Notes under the pieces: model-generated | What the model saw: the letters and a program-made list of their open reading frames with translations, nothing else | The model's database searches: none | Told to the model about the DNA's origin: nothing | Virus record (IMG/VR): IMGVR_UViG_3300045988_020086 | Direction: 5' to 3' (one strand) | From: a virus | Length of the DNA stretch: 50,115 nt | Program-made: the position numbers and the translations under genes | Part shown: positions 40,830-49,680 of the stretch, piece after piece | Numbering within the stretch: the stretch's first letter is position 1 | Layout: each line of letters begins with the position of its first letter

Positions 40830-41987
40830 TTACTTCACGCCGTTCACCTTGTGGATGGCATCCAGCAGGGCGTTGCCCTTTGCGTTCTCCGGCTCAACAT
40901 CTGCGGGCGGCGGGTTGCCGATGGCGTTTGCGCCAGAGTTCTGTGCTGCGGCCTGCGCCTGTGCCAGGTAGGTCTTGCTCTGCGTCTGCTGCTTGGCCTT
41001 CATGTTGGCGATGACGGTCTTGGCATAGGATGCAGAATCCACCGGCTTGGTGAACTTGGCTTCCTCCGCCTGATCCTCGGTGCCCGGGATCGTGATAGCC
41101 TCGATTTCTTGAATGCGGGTGCGCTCTGCAACGGCGGCGTCATTCTCGATCTGCGCCACCATATCAGGGTACGCCTTGCGGAGATCATCCGTGGTCTTGA
41201 TTTCCATGTCTTTTACCTCCCCATGGTCGTTGTGTTCCGGCGGTTCCGCCGGGTGGTTATTTTCAGGCCGGACGGCGGGCGGTTTAGCCTTTGCCCGGTT
41301 TCTGACAAATTCGGGTGCCTCGTTGAAAGGCAGGTGGGTGCCGACGCTGTTGACGAACAGGATGCCGTTGCGGTTCTCCACCACAGCGTCTTCCTCAGCG
41401 TCGTCCACCTCGTCCACAAAGCCGTTTTCCTTGGCTTCGTCTGCCGTCCACCAGTTTGTTTCATCCATCCACTTTGCGCACTCATCCGCATCATGGCCGG
41501 TCTTTTTGGCATACAGAGATACAATGCTCTCCCTGGTAGCATCCAGAGCTTTCAGGTAGTTCCGCATCTCGTCCGCCGTCAGATACCCGCACAGCCCCAT
41601 GCTGACCGGGTGGACCATGTAGGTGCTGTCCGCTGCTGCCACCACCTTGTCGGCGTGGCAGGCAACAATGGTGGCGGCACTGGCGCACAGGCCGTCGATG
41701 TGGGCGGTCACAGTGGCAGCATTGCGGGCCAACTGATTGCCAATGGCCTGAGCTGCAAAAACATCACCTCCGCCGGAGTTGATGTACACGGTGATTTCGG
41801 TCACATCGCCCAGAGCGGCGAGATCGTCCGCAAACTGTTTCGGGGTAACTTCATCACCCCACCAGCTCGTTTCAGAAATATCGCCGTAAAGAAAAAGCTC
41901 CGCTTTCTGGCTGCCAGCCAGATTGCAGAACTTCCAGAACTTGTTATTTGTCATCTTCGGGGCCGTCTTGGAACTGGTTTTGCCCAT
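40830..41987 (-). CDS. ClpP-like prohead protease / scaffold fusion
   Basis: YINSGGGDVFAAQAI...DGLCASAATIV motifs with a helical C-terminus; AAGGAGG RBS. Confidence 0.85.
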   Translation of the reverse strand: MGKTSSKTAPKMTNNKFWKFCNLAGSQKAELFLYGDISETSWWGDEVTPKQFADDLAALGDVTEITVYINSGGGDVFAAQAIGNQLARNAATVTAHIDGLCASAATIVACHADKVVAAADSTYMVHPVSMGLCGYLTADEMRNYLKALDATRESIVSLYAKKTGHDADECAKWMDETNWWTADEAKENGFVDEVDDAEEDAVVENRNGILFVNSVGTHLPFNEAPEFVRNRAKAKPPAVRPENNHPAEPPEHNDHGEVKDMEIKTTDDLRKAYPDMVAQIENDAAVAERTRIQEIEAITIPGTEDQAEEAKFTKPVDSASYAKTVIANMKAKQQTQSKTYLAQAQAAAQNSGANAIGNPPPADVEPENAKGNALLDAIHKVNGVK

Positions 41988-43551
41988 CGCACCCTACCTC
42001 CTTTATTTTCTCCATTTCGGACTTGCGCTGGCGCATATTTGCCCGCCAGCTTCCGCCGGTCATCTGCGCAGTTTCCTGCTCGGCAGTGCTGATTCCCTTG
42101 TCCATGCGCAGGATCGCCGCCTCGATTTCCTTCTTGGCATCAAGGTTCGTCCGAGCAGGTCCGTTCCAGATGCAGCCCGTATAGGCTTTTGCAATGGCCG
42201 GGTCATCAAAAAAGTCCGGGGCATTGATACGCCCACGGGCTACCGCCTCGGCAAACCACTTCTCGTAAGTTGGTTGGCAGAAATCGTCTGCAAAGCTATC
42301 CCGCATCACCCCGCACGTCCTCCAAAATTCATTGAGGGAGCCTCTGGATGCAGAATAGTTGGAGCTGAATTTCTTGTACAGCACTTCACTTGGCACTTCG
42401 ATTCCCGTTGCAACCTGATTCGACATTGCCGACATAAAGCCGTCGTATGTCGTGGTCGGGTGCTTCGGGTCGATCAGGTTCGCCTTTTCGCCCGGGGCGA
42501 GATCAAACACCGCCGCCGGGCCAAGGTTGATTGCCAGTTCATCGGGAGGGGTATTCGGATCAGCAGCTTTATCCTGCGGTTCTTCGCCAAACGGTGCCTG
42601 GTTCGTTTCTGCATCTCGCTGGATGAACAGCGTTGCAGACGACGAAACAATGGCCGCCGCCAGTTCCGCTTCCGTGTACCGCCCCATCTGTTTCAGAGTG
42701 GGCAATACCGGGGCAAGGATCGGAACGCCCCGCCGCTGCCCGGCGCGTTCTCTCTGCGTGATGCACAGGATGTTCGGTGCGCCAGTTGCCGGGTCGTGGG
42801 CTTCTACTCGGTTCCATGCCAGCGGCACCGGGTTGTCATATTCCAGCGGGTGCCGATTGGCGACCCAGTAAGCGATTATTTCTCCGGCCTCATTTGTTTC
42901 CACGCCCTGTACGATCTGGAACACATCTTCGCCGCCCACCTTGCAGGGTGCCAGTCGGTCCGAACGCCCAGGGCTGCACACCTGGTCCGCTTCGATCAAG
43001 CGCAGCTGCAAAGCATACGGCCAGTTCGGGCGTTCTCTGTACTGGACTGCGGCAAAAGCGTCACCGTTCATCAGAAAACTGGTGAACGCCAATGTCTGCA
43101 TCCGCCAGAAATTGTCCATGCCGCTTGCATCGCAAGCCGTGCTGTCCGCCCAGAGATTAAATTCCCGGGTGATCTGCGCTTGCAGCTTGTCTGCCTGTTC
43201 TTCGGTCAGATGCAGATAATCTGCATCGACCTGCGGCGTTGGCACAAGACCAGACCCCACTACGTTGGTGCGCAAAGTCTTCAATGCGCCAGCCGCCAGA
43301 GGGATACCCATGTAAGCATCCCGGCTCCGCTTGCGCAGGGTATCAAGGTTGTCCTCGATGTCCTCTTTTGACGATCCGCCGCCGACGTGCCAGCTGCGCA
43401 TGGCTCTGGACGTATGGGATGCGCCATAGTTTCCATAGCCCGTGCCGTTGTTCAGGATGGACAGGGCTGCTCTGGCCGTGGCGCGTCGATAGCCCGCAAT
43501 GGGGGAAACCGCCGCGATTGCCTTATCCAGAATATTTACCATGGTTCCCAC
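41944..43551 (-). CDS. Portal protein, lambda family
   Basis: 535 aa; Phage_portal_2-like N-terminus. Confidence 0.9.
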   Translation of the reverse strand: MGTMVNILDKAIAAVSPIAGYRRATARAALSILNNGTGYGNYGASHTSRAMRSWHVGGGSSKEDIEDNLDTLRKRSRDAYMGIPLAAGALKTLRTNVVGSGLVPTPQVDADYLHLTEEQADKLQAQITREFNLWADSTACDASGMDNFWRMQTLAFTSFLMNGDAFAAVQYRERPNWPYALQLRLIEADQVCSPGRSDRLAPCKVGGEDVFQIVQGVETNEAGEIIAYWVANRHPLEYDNPVPLAWNRVEAHDPATGAPNILCITQRERAGQRRGVPILAPVLPTLKQMGRYTEAELAAAIVSSSATLFIQRDAETNQAPFGEEPQDKAADPNTPPDELAINLGPAAVFDLAPGEKANLIDPKHPTTTYDGFMSAMSNQVATGIEVPSEVLYKKFSSNYSASRGSLNEFWRTCGVMRDSFADDFCQPTYEKWFAEAVARGRINAPDFFDDPAIAKAYTGCIWNGPARTNLDAKKEIEAAILRMDKGISTAEQETAQMTGGSWRANMRQRKSEMEKIKEVGCDGQNQFQDGPEDDK

Positions 43552-43556
43552 CGTCC

Positions 43557-43793
43557 TTACACATCATGCGGGGCGAAATGGTAGATACGGTTTCTGCCCC
43601 GCCCCTGTTCCTCCCGCTCGGCTTCTGCCACCTTGCCCTCCCAAAAGGAAATGCTTTCCCGGATTTGTTTCAGGCTTGCGCGGGTAAGCTGCATCTGCTC
43701 GATCTGGTAGCTCTGGCCGGTAGAAACTGCTTCCTCCGCCTTGAGCCACATCTCCAAATGCTGCTTTGCGATTTCTTTTGATATGATCGACAT
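43557..43793 (-). CDS. gpW-like head-tail joining protein
   Basis: 78 aa, located between TerL and the portal as in lambda. Confidence 0.6.
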   Translation of the reverse strand: MSIISKEIAKQHLEMWLKAEEAVSTGQSYQIEQMQLTRASLKQIRESISFWEGKVAEAEREEQGRGRNRIYHFAPHDV

Positions 43794-43796
43794 CGG

Positions 43797-45638
43797 TTAA
43801 ATTCCTCCCGATCTTCTTCTGCGGTACTGGTGCTGCGGCTTTGCCGGGCGTGGTGCATCCTCGCCCGGGATTTCCAGGCCGGGGGGATTGCTGATTTCCA
43901 GCGCGGCGGTGGCATAGTTTCTGATGTCAAAAGCCTCATTGCGCTTCTGCGCCGGGTCTTTCAGCTCCCACCGTTCCACCTTGCGCCCGCCTTTCCAGCG
44001 GGTCACTTTATGCTCTGCGGTCAGCATCTTGAAATAAGCCTCGTCATAGCCTGCATCCTCTGCCGCCGGGAAGTGGCAGTAGTTCGGACCCTTGATAAGC
44101 ACTTTCAACCGGGCAAGCACCGCATTTTTGCCGGTGTCAACACCCAACACGAAAAGCTCACCGCCGACGCGGTTGTTCTTGGTCGGGTTTCGGATGTAGG
44201 GCACATCCATACCGCCGCGGCCTTTGATTGCCCAAATGTGGCGGTCTTCCCGCTCTTTGCAGAATCGAATGACCTGATCCGGGAAATGTCCGCCGCTGTC
44301 CATACAGGCCGCACGGATGGAAAGCTCTGTGCCATCCCGCTTCTTCCATGTGGTGGAAAGAAAAGCGTCAAGGTCAGCCCATACCTGGCCCCGTTTCAGG
44401 TCGCCGTAAATGCGCTGGTAACGAATGCCCCAGCTTTCCTTGCCGACGCCCCAGCCCACAACTTCCGCCTCGAAACGGTTATCTTGGGTGTCAATGCCGC
44501 AGGTCAGGTAGAGAACGCCGTCGGGCACCTCGGCCTCGTAGAACTCGCGGCGGTCGATCAGGGCGGTGGTTTCTACCGTTTCGCCCGGTTCCTCCCACGG
44601 CAAGCCCAGGTTCGTGTTCACGAAGACCTGCATCTTCTCGTAGTCGCCCCGGGAAGCGTCCAGATCGGCCGCAATGAATTTCTCGACGATCTCATTCCAG
44701 CCGCAGAGCGTTGACCCCATTTTGTTCATGTGGAAGCCCCGGACTTTCCGTTCAGGGTGTGCCGCCACCCACTTGCCGTGGATGCTGTTTTTCTTCCACC
44801 TGAACTCATTATCCAGGCACCCACATTCAGCGCAGCGGTATTGTACGCCGCCCTCCGGCCACTTCTCCTTGTCGAACACCATCCCATCCCACACAAAAGG
44901 CTGGTACTTGCCGCAGTTTGGGCAAGGGATGTTCCATTCCTCTTGTGTGGAAGCGTTGAACTCGTCCAGGATACGGCTGCTGGCTTTGGTGGTCGGGGTG
45001 GAAACCAGCACCGTTTTGTGATCCCAGTAGGTGGTCTGGCGTTCCTCGGCCAGCATGATCGGGTCGCCTTCTTTGCCAGCACTGGCTTTGTAGGCATCTA
45101 CCTCGTCCGCCAGCAGCACCTTGATGGGGCGGCCACGGAGATCGGTCGGCGAGTTTGCGCCGATGATCGTCAGCTGTCCGCCGGGGAAATTTTTCTTGGT
45201 GATAGTGTTGCCGGAGTAGCGGCTTTTGTTGTCCACCAGCCCCCGGAGAATCGGCGTATCCCGGATCATGGTTGCCAGACGGTCTTTTGAAAAGCTCTCG
45301 CCCAGGTTCACGGTTGGCTGCACGATCATAATGGGAGCCGGGTAGTAACTCATGTAGAAGCCGACGGTGTTGAGGATCAGCCCCTCCGTTTTCCCGGCCT
45401 GGGCGCACATCATCGCCACCACCTTGCGGATATGGACATCGCCGATTGCGTCCATGATTTCCCTCTGAAAGGGGGCGTTGTCGGTGTTCCACTGGCCTTT
45501 TGCCGAAGACGCTTCGGCGGACAGGCGGCGGTATTTATCCGCCCACTGGCTCAGTGTCAGGTTCGGGGGCGGTTTCAGCGTTCCCAGGACCCGCTCGAAC
45601 AGCTGCAGCGTCTGCGGTTCCATGTGGATCATCGCCAT
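43797..45638 (-). CDS. terL: Terminase large subunit, GpA family
   Basis: Clear colinearity with lambda gpA: PFQREIMDA, Walker-A-like AQAGKTE, zinc-finger-like CPNCG...CAECG. Confidence 0.92.
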   Translation of the reverse strand: MAMIHMEPQTLQLFERVLGTLKPPPNLTLSQWADKYRRLSAEASSAKGQWNTDNAPFQREIMDAIGDVHIRKVVAMMCAQAGKTEGLILNTVGFYMSYYPAPIMIVQPTVNLGESFSKDRLATMIRDTPILRGLVDNKSRYSGNTITKKNFPGGQLTIIGANSPTDLRGRPIKVLLADEVDAYKASAGKEGDPIMLAEERQTTYWDHKTVLVSTPTTKASSRILDEFNASTQEEWNIPCPNCGKYQPFVWDGMVFDKEKWPEGGVQYRCAECGCLDNEFRWKKNSIHGKWVAAHPERKVRGFHMNKMGSTLCGWNEIVEKFIAADLDASRGDYEKMQVFVNTNLGLPWEEPGETVETTALIDRREFYEAEVPDGVLYLTCGIDTQDNRFEAEVVGWGVGKESWGIRYQRIYGDLKRGQVWADLDAFLSTTWKKRDGTELSIRAACMDSGGHFPDQVIRFCKEREDRHIWAIKGRGGMDVPYIRNPTKNNRVGGELFVLGVDTGKNAVLARLKVLIKGPNYCHFPAAEDAGYDEAYFKMLTAEHKVTRWKGGRKVERWELKDPAQKRNEAFDIRNYATAALEISNPPGLEIPGEDAPRPAKPQHQYRRRRSGGI

Positions 45639-45727
45639 TGCCGCTGCCTCCCTTTTTGACGCACTGCCGGAACGGGCAGAACGCCGTGATCTCGTTCAGC
45701 CGGGTGCCCCATACACAGCCCCGGCAT

Positions 45728-46222
45728 TTATTCTTCCTGCTCATCTTCGGCAGCCTCCCCCTCGGGTGCTTGCAGGGCAATATCGGGATCAGACAGTTCC
45801 ACCAGTGCCTCTTGGATGGCCTTGCGTAGGATGTCGCTTGCATCCGCCGGGTCGGTCAGCTGGGCCATGGTGTCCGCATACTTGGTCGGGATGGCTTCCA
45901 GCCTGTCCTTGAAATTTGCAAAGGCGGTCTTCAAGCCGTTCTCGATGTCCTCCGTGCGGTGGAGGTTTCCCTTGGCTTCCTCCATCTTCATCTTCTCGAT
46001 CTTGCCCCGGGTTTCCTCCCGGTCCGCCCGGGCAGCGGCCAACCGGGATTGGTCGTCCTTGGTGCCGCCGGTCTTGTAGGCGACGTACTGCCGCACCACT
46101 GTTTTCAGGTTGAAAATGCCCGGGCGTTCCTCGGTCAGCACGCCTTCATCCCGCAGTTCCCTCACGCGGCGTTCTGTCAGGTTCAGGCAATCCGCGATTC
46201 CCTTAGTCGTGAACAAGGCCAT
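45728..46222 (-). CDS. Nu1-like terminase small subunit (HTH)
   Basis: Start MALFTTKGIADCLNLTERRVRELRDEGVL...; coiled-coil C-terminus. Confidence 0.6.
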   Translation of the reverse strand: MALFTTKGIADCLNLTERRVRELRDEGVLTEERPGIFNLKTVVRQYVAYKTGGTKDDQSRLAAARADREETRGKIEKMKMEEAKGNLHRTEDIENGLKTAFANFKDRLEAIPTKYADTMAQLTDPADASDILRKAIQEALVELSDPDIALQAPEGEAAEDEQEE

Positions 46223-46940
46223 CTTTGTCACCGTCCTCCGGCACTTCGCCCGTTGCTCTGATCCGCAGCAGTTCCAACCGTTGCTTTTCCAGTTCCATGC
46301 GGCGGTCGGATTCCTCCGCTGCCCGTAGCGCACCGGCAACAGCAGCAATGCGCCCCTGGGTCTTGTACAAGGCATCCTGCAATTTCAGAATGCGGGCAAA
46401 GGGAGTATCACGGCTGTACATTCCCATGGTCTGCACATTGCCGTCTTCCTTCTTGCCACCCTTCCCGGTCTTGCCCGGAACACGCATATCCAGTACGCTG
46501 GATGTTATCAGCGTGTCCGGGTCCATGTCCTCGTACTCTTTGATCTTTTCCAGAATCTTCAACTCCCGCAGTTTGAGAAGACCCATCTCATGCTGCAGGG
46601 CTTCCACGCCGTTCCGGGGTGCATCGTCAAAGGCTCCCTGTTCCGCCGGGGTGAGCTTATCAAAGAAGATTCGGGAATAGGCACCGTCCTTCTCGGCGTT
46701 CAGGTTGCCCGCCGGTGCCCCGCCGCCGGAGTTGCCCGCGGCGTTCTGGTTTCCCGGCTGTCCGCCGGGCTTCCTGCCGGTGGGAGTATCCCACCCGTCT
46801 TTCGACTTCCACCGCCGGACAGTATCGTACTTGAGGTGCAGATCATCCGCCAGCTGCCGGAGATTGACTTCGCCGCCCTTTTTCTTCCGGGCCATGTACT
46901 CAGCGCGGGCGGCTTCTCGCTCATCGCTTCGCCTTGCCAT
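46203..46940 (-). CDS. Terminase small-subunit-like protein
   Basis: N-terminal HTH plus GNQNAAGNSGGGAPAGNLNAEKDGAYS, the repeat typical of a TerS family. Confidence 0.7.
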   Translation of the reverse strand: MARRSDEREAARAEYMARKKKGGEVNLRQLADDLHLKYDTVRRWKSKDGWDTPTGRKPGGQPGNQNAAGNSGGGAPAGNLNAEKDGAYSRIFFDKLTPAEQGAFDDAPRNGVEALQHEMGLLKLRELKILEKIKEYEDMDPDTLITSSVLDMRVPGKTGKGGKKEDGNVQTMGMYSRDTPFARILKLQDALYKTQGRIAAVAGALRAAEESDRRMELEKQRLELLRIRATGEVPEDGDKDGLVHD

Positions 46941-46964
46941 TTATGACCCCTCCGTTTTCGAGCA

Positions 46965-46999
46965 ATAAAAAATGCCCTGCCAGACAAAAAGTCTGACAG
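46965..46999 (-). terminator. Terminator-like hairpin 2 in the late-operon leader
   Basis: CTGTCAGAC-TTTTT-GTCTGGCAG followed by GGCATTTTTTATT. Confidence 0.5.
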
Positions 47000-47043
47000 A
47001 GCATCTATGTGGTGCCGCCGGTCCTGCGGCACACCCGGATATG

Positions 47044-47078
47044 AGAAAAGCCCCTCGGTGCTTCCACCGTGGGGCTTC
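47044..47078 (-). terminator. Terminator-like hairpin 1 in the late-operon leader
   Basis: AAGCCCCACGGTG-GAAG-CACCGAGGGGCTT followed by TTCTCAT. Confidence 0.5.
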
Positions 47079-47099
47079 TTCCATAAATCCACTGTACCA

Positions 47100-47133
47100 A
47101 TTATACCACTAAAAACGTCTCATAGTGTCTCAT
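47100..47133 (-). promoter_or_regulatory. Candidate late promoter (extended -10) with tandem ATGAGAC repeats
   Basis: TGGTATAAT on the - strand (-10 at 47105..47100). ATGAGAC occurs twice, 10 bp apart (47123..47117 and 47133..47127), in place of a -35. Confidence 0.5.
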
Positions 47134-47377
47134 CTTTTTCCACAAAGGGCGGTTTTTAGGGGGATATTTGTAAACATTTTATGAACAGGCACTACTTGCC
47201 ACCACTTCAACAAGCTGTCCTTCTGCTCCGGGCGTTCCATGCACCATCTGCAAAACGTACAGGATCACCAGCACTGCAATGGCAAAGAAGTGGAAACAGT
47301 AAACGTATGGATACCGATGCCAAGAGCGGCAAGATGGTTTTTAAGGCGATTCTGTTAATCTCAACAAAATCGAAACA

Positions 47378-48444
47378 TCATTCTGTACAGTCATACAGCA
47401 GCGCACCCATCGCCGCTGTACACAAAACATAGTCGTGATCCACATCGTTCAGGATGTTTATTACCGATACATAGTCGCCATACCCGTTTTCTACTAATTT
47501 ATCCTGTATGGTCTTGGACGCTTCAACTGTTGTCGATACAATATTCTTCCACGCGTTTTTCTGTGCCGCATTTCCCGACTTCGCCAGCGTAGCGCACATT
47601 GCATTGCCATCCGACCAGATATAGATTGTATACCCCGAATCGTCCTTTTCCAGTTGATAGTCAGAGCCAAAACCACGCTCTAAAGCATTTTCAAGCAATG
47701 CGGTCATCTCATTCTCTGAAATTTGATGGGAAGATTCGTTTTCTTCACTTACGGCTGTGTATGGATATTCCAGATAAACATACTGCGCATTTGAATCGTC
47801 TTTTTTTCTGACCAGTTCTCCTGTAAGGCATTCACCCTCAATTCCAACTTCGTTAGATACGCCGTTCCAAAGCTGGTCTTTCATGTCCATTGTGACGGTG
47901 AAAACGTATTCTCCCTGCAATGGCCTGCTTCCATGAAATGCGTCATTGCTTTCTGCTGTTCCATTTTGCACTTTAACCGTTTCGCTTTTCTCAAAGTCAT
48001 TTCCTACTAAGCTAAATCGCAGTGTCGCACCCTCCGGCAAATTGGTATGAACAACAAATATAGGGGCATCGCTTTCTCCATTTGTCTCCACATTCATTTC
48101 CACGGGGAACTGCTTTAGCTTGTACGAAGTGATTTCAACTGGAACATTGCTCTCCCACGCCTGATCCTTTTTATAATTATCCTCGCCGTCAATGGTAATG
48201 CTTTCCACCTTGTCATTTTTAGACAACGAGACCGTTTCAACTTCTTCCGTTGTTATTTCAGTAAAGCCAGCAGTCTGCAATTCAGAGATGGCATCTTCCA
48301 AAGACAGCTTTTTACAATCCGTGCTGCTGAATGGTGCCTTTGCTGGATTTTTCAACCCGCAGCCCACCATAAAGGCACAACAAGCAACTGTGGCGGCAAG
48401 AGCTACGAATCTCTTACCCCCCCCCCGGGTATTTTGAACATCAT
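47378..48444 (-). CDS. Lipoprotein moron with PASTA-like segment, frame broken at a G10 tract as assembled
   Basis: GAAAGGAG-N9-ATGATG start. With G11 the N-terminus would read MMFKIPGGGGKRFVALAATVACCAFMVGC (signal peptide plus lipobox). The region is AT-rich relative to the genome. Confidence 0.7.
48417..48426 (-). repeat. Homopolymer G10 at codons 7-10 of the lipoprotein gene
   Basis: Read directly from the sequence. Confidence 0.95.
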
Positions 48445-48478
48445 TTATAAACGCTCCTTTCAATTTTGCGTTATTTTT

Positions 48479-48507
48479 ATTATGGCATAGTATCCATGTG
48501 CCGTCAA
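48479..48507 (-). promoter_or_regulatory. Moron promoter
   Basis: TTGACG-17 nt-CATAAT on the - strand. It lies inside the 5' extension of the track ORF, which argues against that extension. Confidence 0.55.
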
Positions 48508-48791
48508 TGCACATAATCGCCTGTGTTCATCAGGCTTTTTTGTGATTTTTGACCCCCACCCTTATTTTTCGGGCCGGAGGGGGGAAGCCCTTCAAAAAAA
48601 TTGACACCTAGAAAACTTTTGGGGCTTCGGAACCCGCATTCGCCCCGCCCCCGGGGGGCAGTACCTTGCTCATCGGGGCGGCCGCGGTGCCGGAGAGGGC
48701 CGAGGCCGGGCCGGAGAAGGAAGGGGGCAGGGGGGATAGATAAGGCGAGTTCTAGCCCTCTAGGTCTAAGCCCTAAGCCTAAAGCTCTATC

Positions 48792-48819
48792 CCGTTAGGT
48801 GGAGAATCTGACCCCTCCG
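48792..48819. repeat. Left arm of 28-bp inverted repeat
   Basis: CCGTTAGGTGGAGAATCTGACCCCTCCG matches the reverse complement of 49330-49357 at 25 of 28 positions. Confidence 0.8.
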
Positions 48820-49041
48820 GCGTTGGGCTGGCGGCGGGGTGCTGGCGGGATGGCGGCTGGCGTTGTCGGCAGGTCTGGCAGGGGTGCGGGCAGCAGGGCG
48901 GCGGGGTCATCAGGGCGGCGGCGTGGTCCGGCTGGAAGGAGTAGGCCGGGCAGATGATCGGGCGGGCGGTCCGCTGCTCATCGGGTAGGCCGACACCACC
49001 TAGGCCGGGCAGATCGGGCAGGCCGTCACCGTGGGCGGCGC

Positions 49042-49066
49042 GGTCCTTCCCGGTGCTGATCGGGGC
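49042..49066 (+). repeat. Iteron-like direct repeat, copy a
   Basis: GGTCCTTCCCGGTGCTGATCGGGGC is identical to 49176-49200. Shorter TGCT(G/C)ATCG(G/A)GG variants lie near 48667, 48975, 49073 and 49153. Confidence 0.8.
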
Positions 49067-49175
49067 GGCGGCGGTGCTGATCGGGGCGGGCCGTGAGCAG
49101 AAGAAAAGCCAGGGCGGGCGGCGTTGGCCGTTCGCTCTGGCTTTTTCGTTTCTGCTGCTGATCGAGGCAGGGGCG

Positions 49176-49200
49176 GGTCCTTCCCGGTGCTGATCGGGGC
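49176..49200 (+). repeat. Iteron-like direct repeat, copy b
   Basis: Identical 25-mer. Confidence 0.8.
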
Positions 49201-49329
49201 CGGGGCCGTCTGGCACTGGTTCCGGCTGCACCTGATCCACCCGCACGGGGCACCGGGCACGGGTCCCGCTGGCACCGTTCCAGGGCAGCACAGTTTCGCC
49301 GCCGGATGATCCGGCAAAATGCCGCCGGG

Positions 49330-49357
49330 CGAAGGGGTCAGATTCTTCACTTAACGG
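49330..49357. repeat. Right arm of 28-bp inverted repeat
   Basis: See the left-arm entry; the arms are separated by 510 bp of about 70% GC DNA. Confidence 0.8.
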
Positions 49358-49413
49358 CATATCGCCCCATCGGTAACGGTGAACTAGGTTCTATGCCGCC
49401 CTATTATCCCCCC

Positions 49414-49629
49414 TTAGCCCCCTTCTTCCCCGGATTCCGCCGGGGTGAATCCATCACGGGCCATTCTTTCGGCGCAAGCCTGCAAGATATAGGCCTGCAC
49501 ACTCTGTCCAGCCGCCGCCGCTGCTGCCCGGATTTCTCCGCCCCGATCTTTCGAGGGTCGAATCTGGATTGAATCGCATTTTGCAATATATCGGCTATTT
49601 GTGATTTTCTTTTTCTCCGAGATTGGCAT
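49414..49629 (-). CDS. Ribbon-helix-helix (CopG/Arc-like) DNA-binding protein, candidate early-operon repressor
   Basis: IQIRPSKDRGGEIRAAAAAAGQSVQAYILQACAERM fits a beta-alpha-alpha RHH. RBS AGAGGTG. Divergent from the early promoter. Confidence 0.65.
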   Translation of the reverse strand: MPISEKKKITNSRYIAKCDSIQIRPSKDRGGEIRAAAAAAGQSVQAYILQACAERMARDGFTPAESGEEGG

Positions 49630-49662
49630 TATATCACCTCTTTTCGCGCCTGCGTTTATTAT

Positions 49663-49671
49663 ATTATAGCA
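49663..49671 (-). promoter_or_regulatory. Extended -10 (TGCTATAAT) for the RHH gene
   Basis: Read on the - strand. Operator repeat R1 lies where the -35 would be. Confidence 0.45.
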
Positions 49672-49680
49672 AATTCAGCG

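Noticed and set aside
45535-45744. Small zinc-ribbon-like ORF (MSRKNKCRGCVWGTRLNEITAFCPFRQC..) between the Nu1-like gene and terL.
   Set aside because: It would overlap terL by ~100 nt in another frame, its tail is low-complexity, and no clear RBS was seen. It is not annotated, but proteomics could revisit it.
47181-47432. 83-aa + strand ORF and short - strand hydrophobic frames between the moron and the late promoter.
   Set aside because: No RBS or canonical start is available for the hydrophobic frame, and the + ORF has implausible composition and overlaps the moron 3' end.
48445-48514. N-terminal extension of the lipoprotein ORF to the ATG at 48514 (the track start).
   Set aside because: The extension lies upstream of a good TTGACG-17-CATAAT promoter and a strong RBS/ATG at 48444, and it would bury the signal peptide 30 residues inside the protein.
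48779-49360. 193-aa - strand ORF that spans exactly the region between the two inverted-repeat arms.
   Set aside because: Its Pro/Arg/Gly/Ala-rich composition follows from ~70% GC DNA. It has no RBS, and the iteron-like repeats explain the sequence better. It is treated as non-coding.
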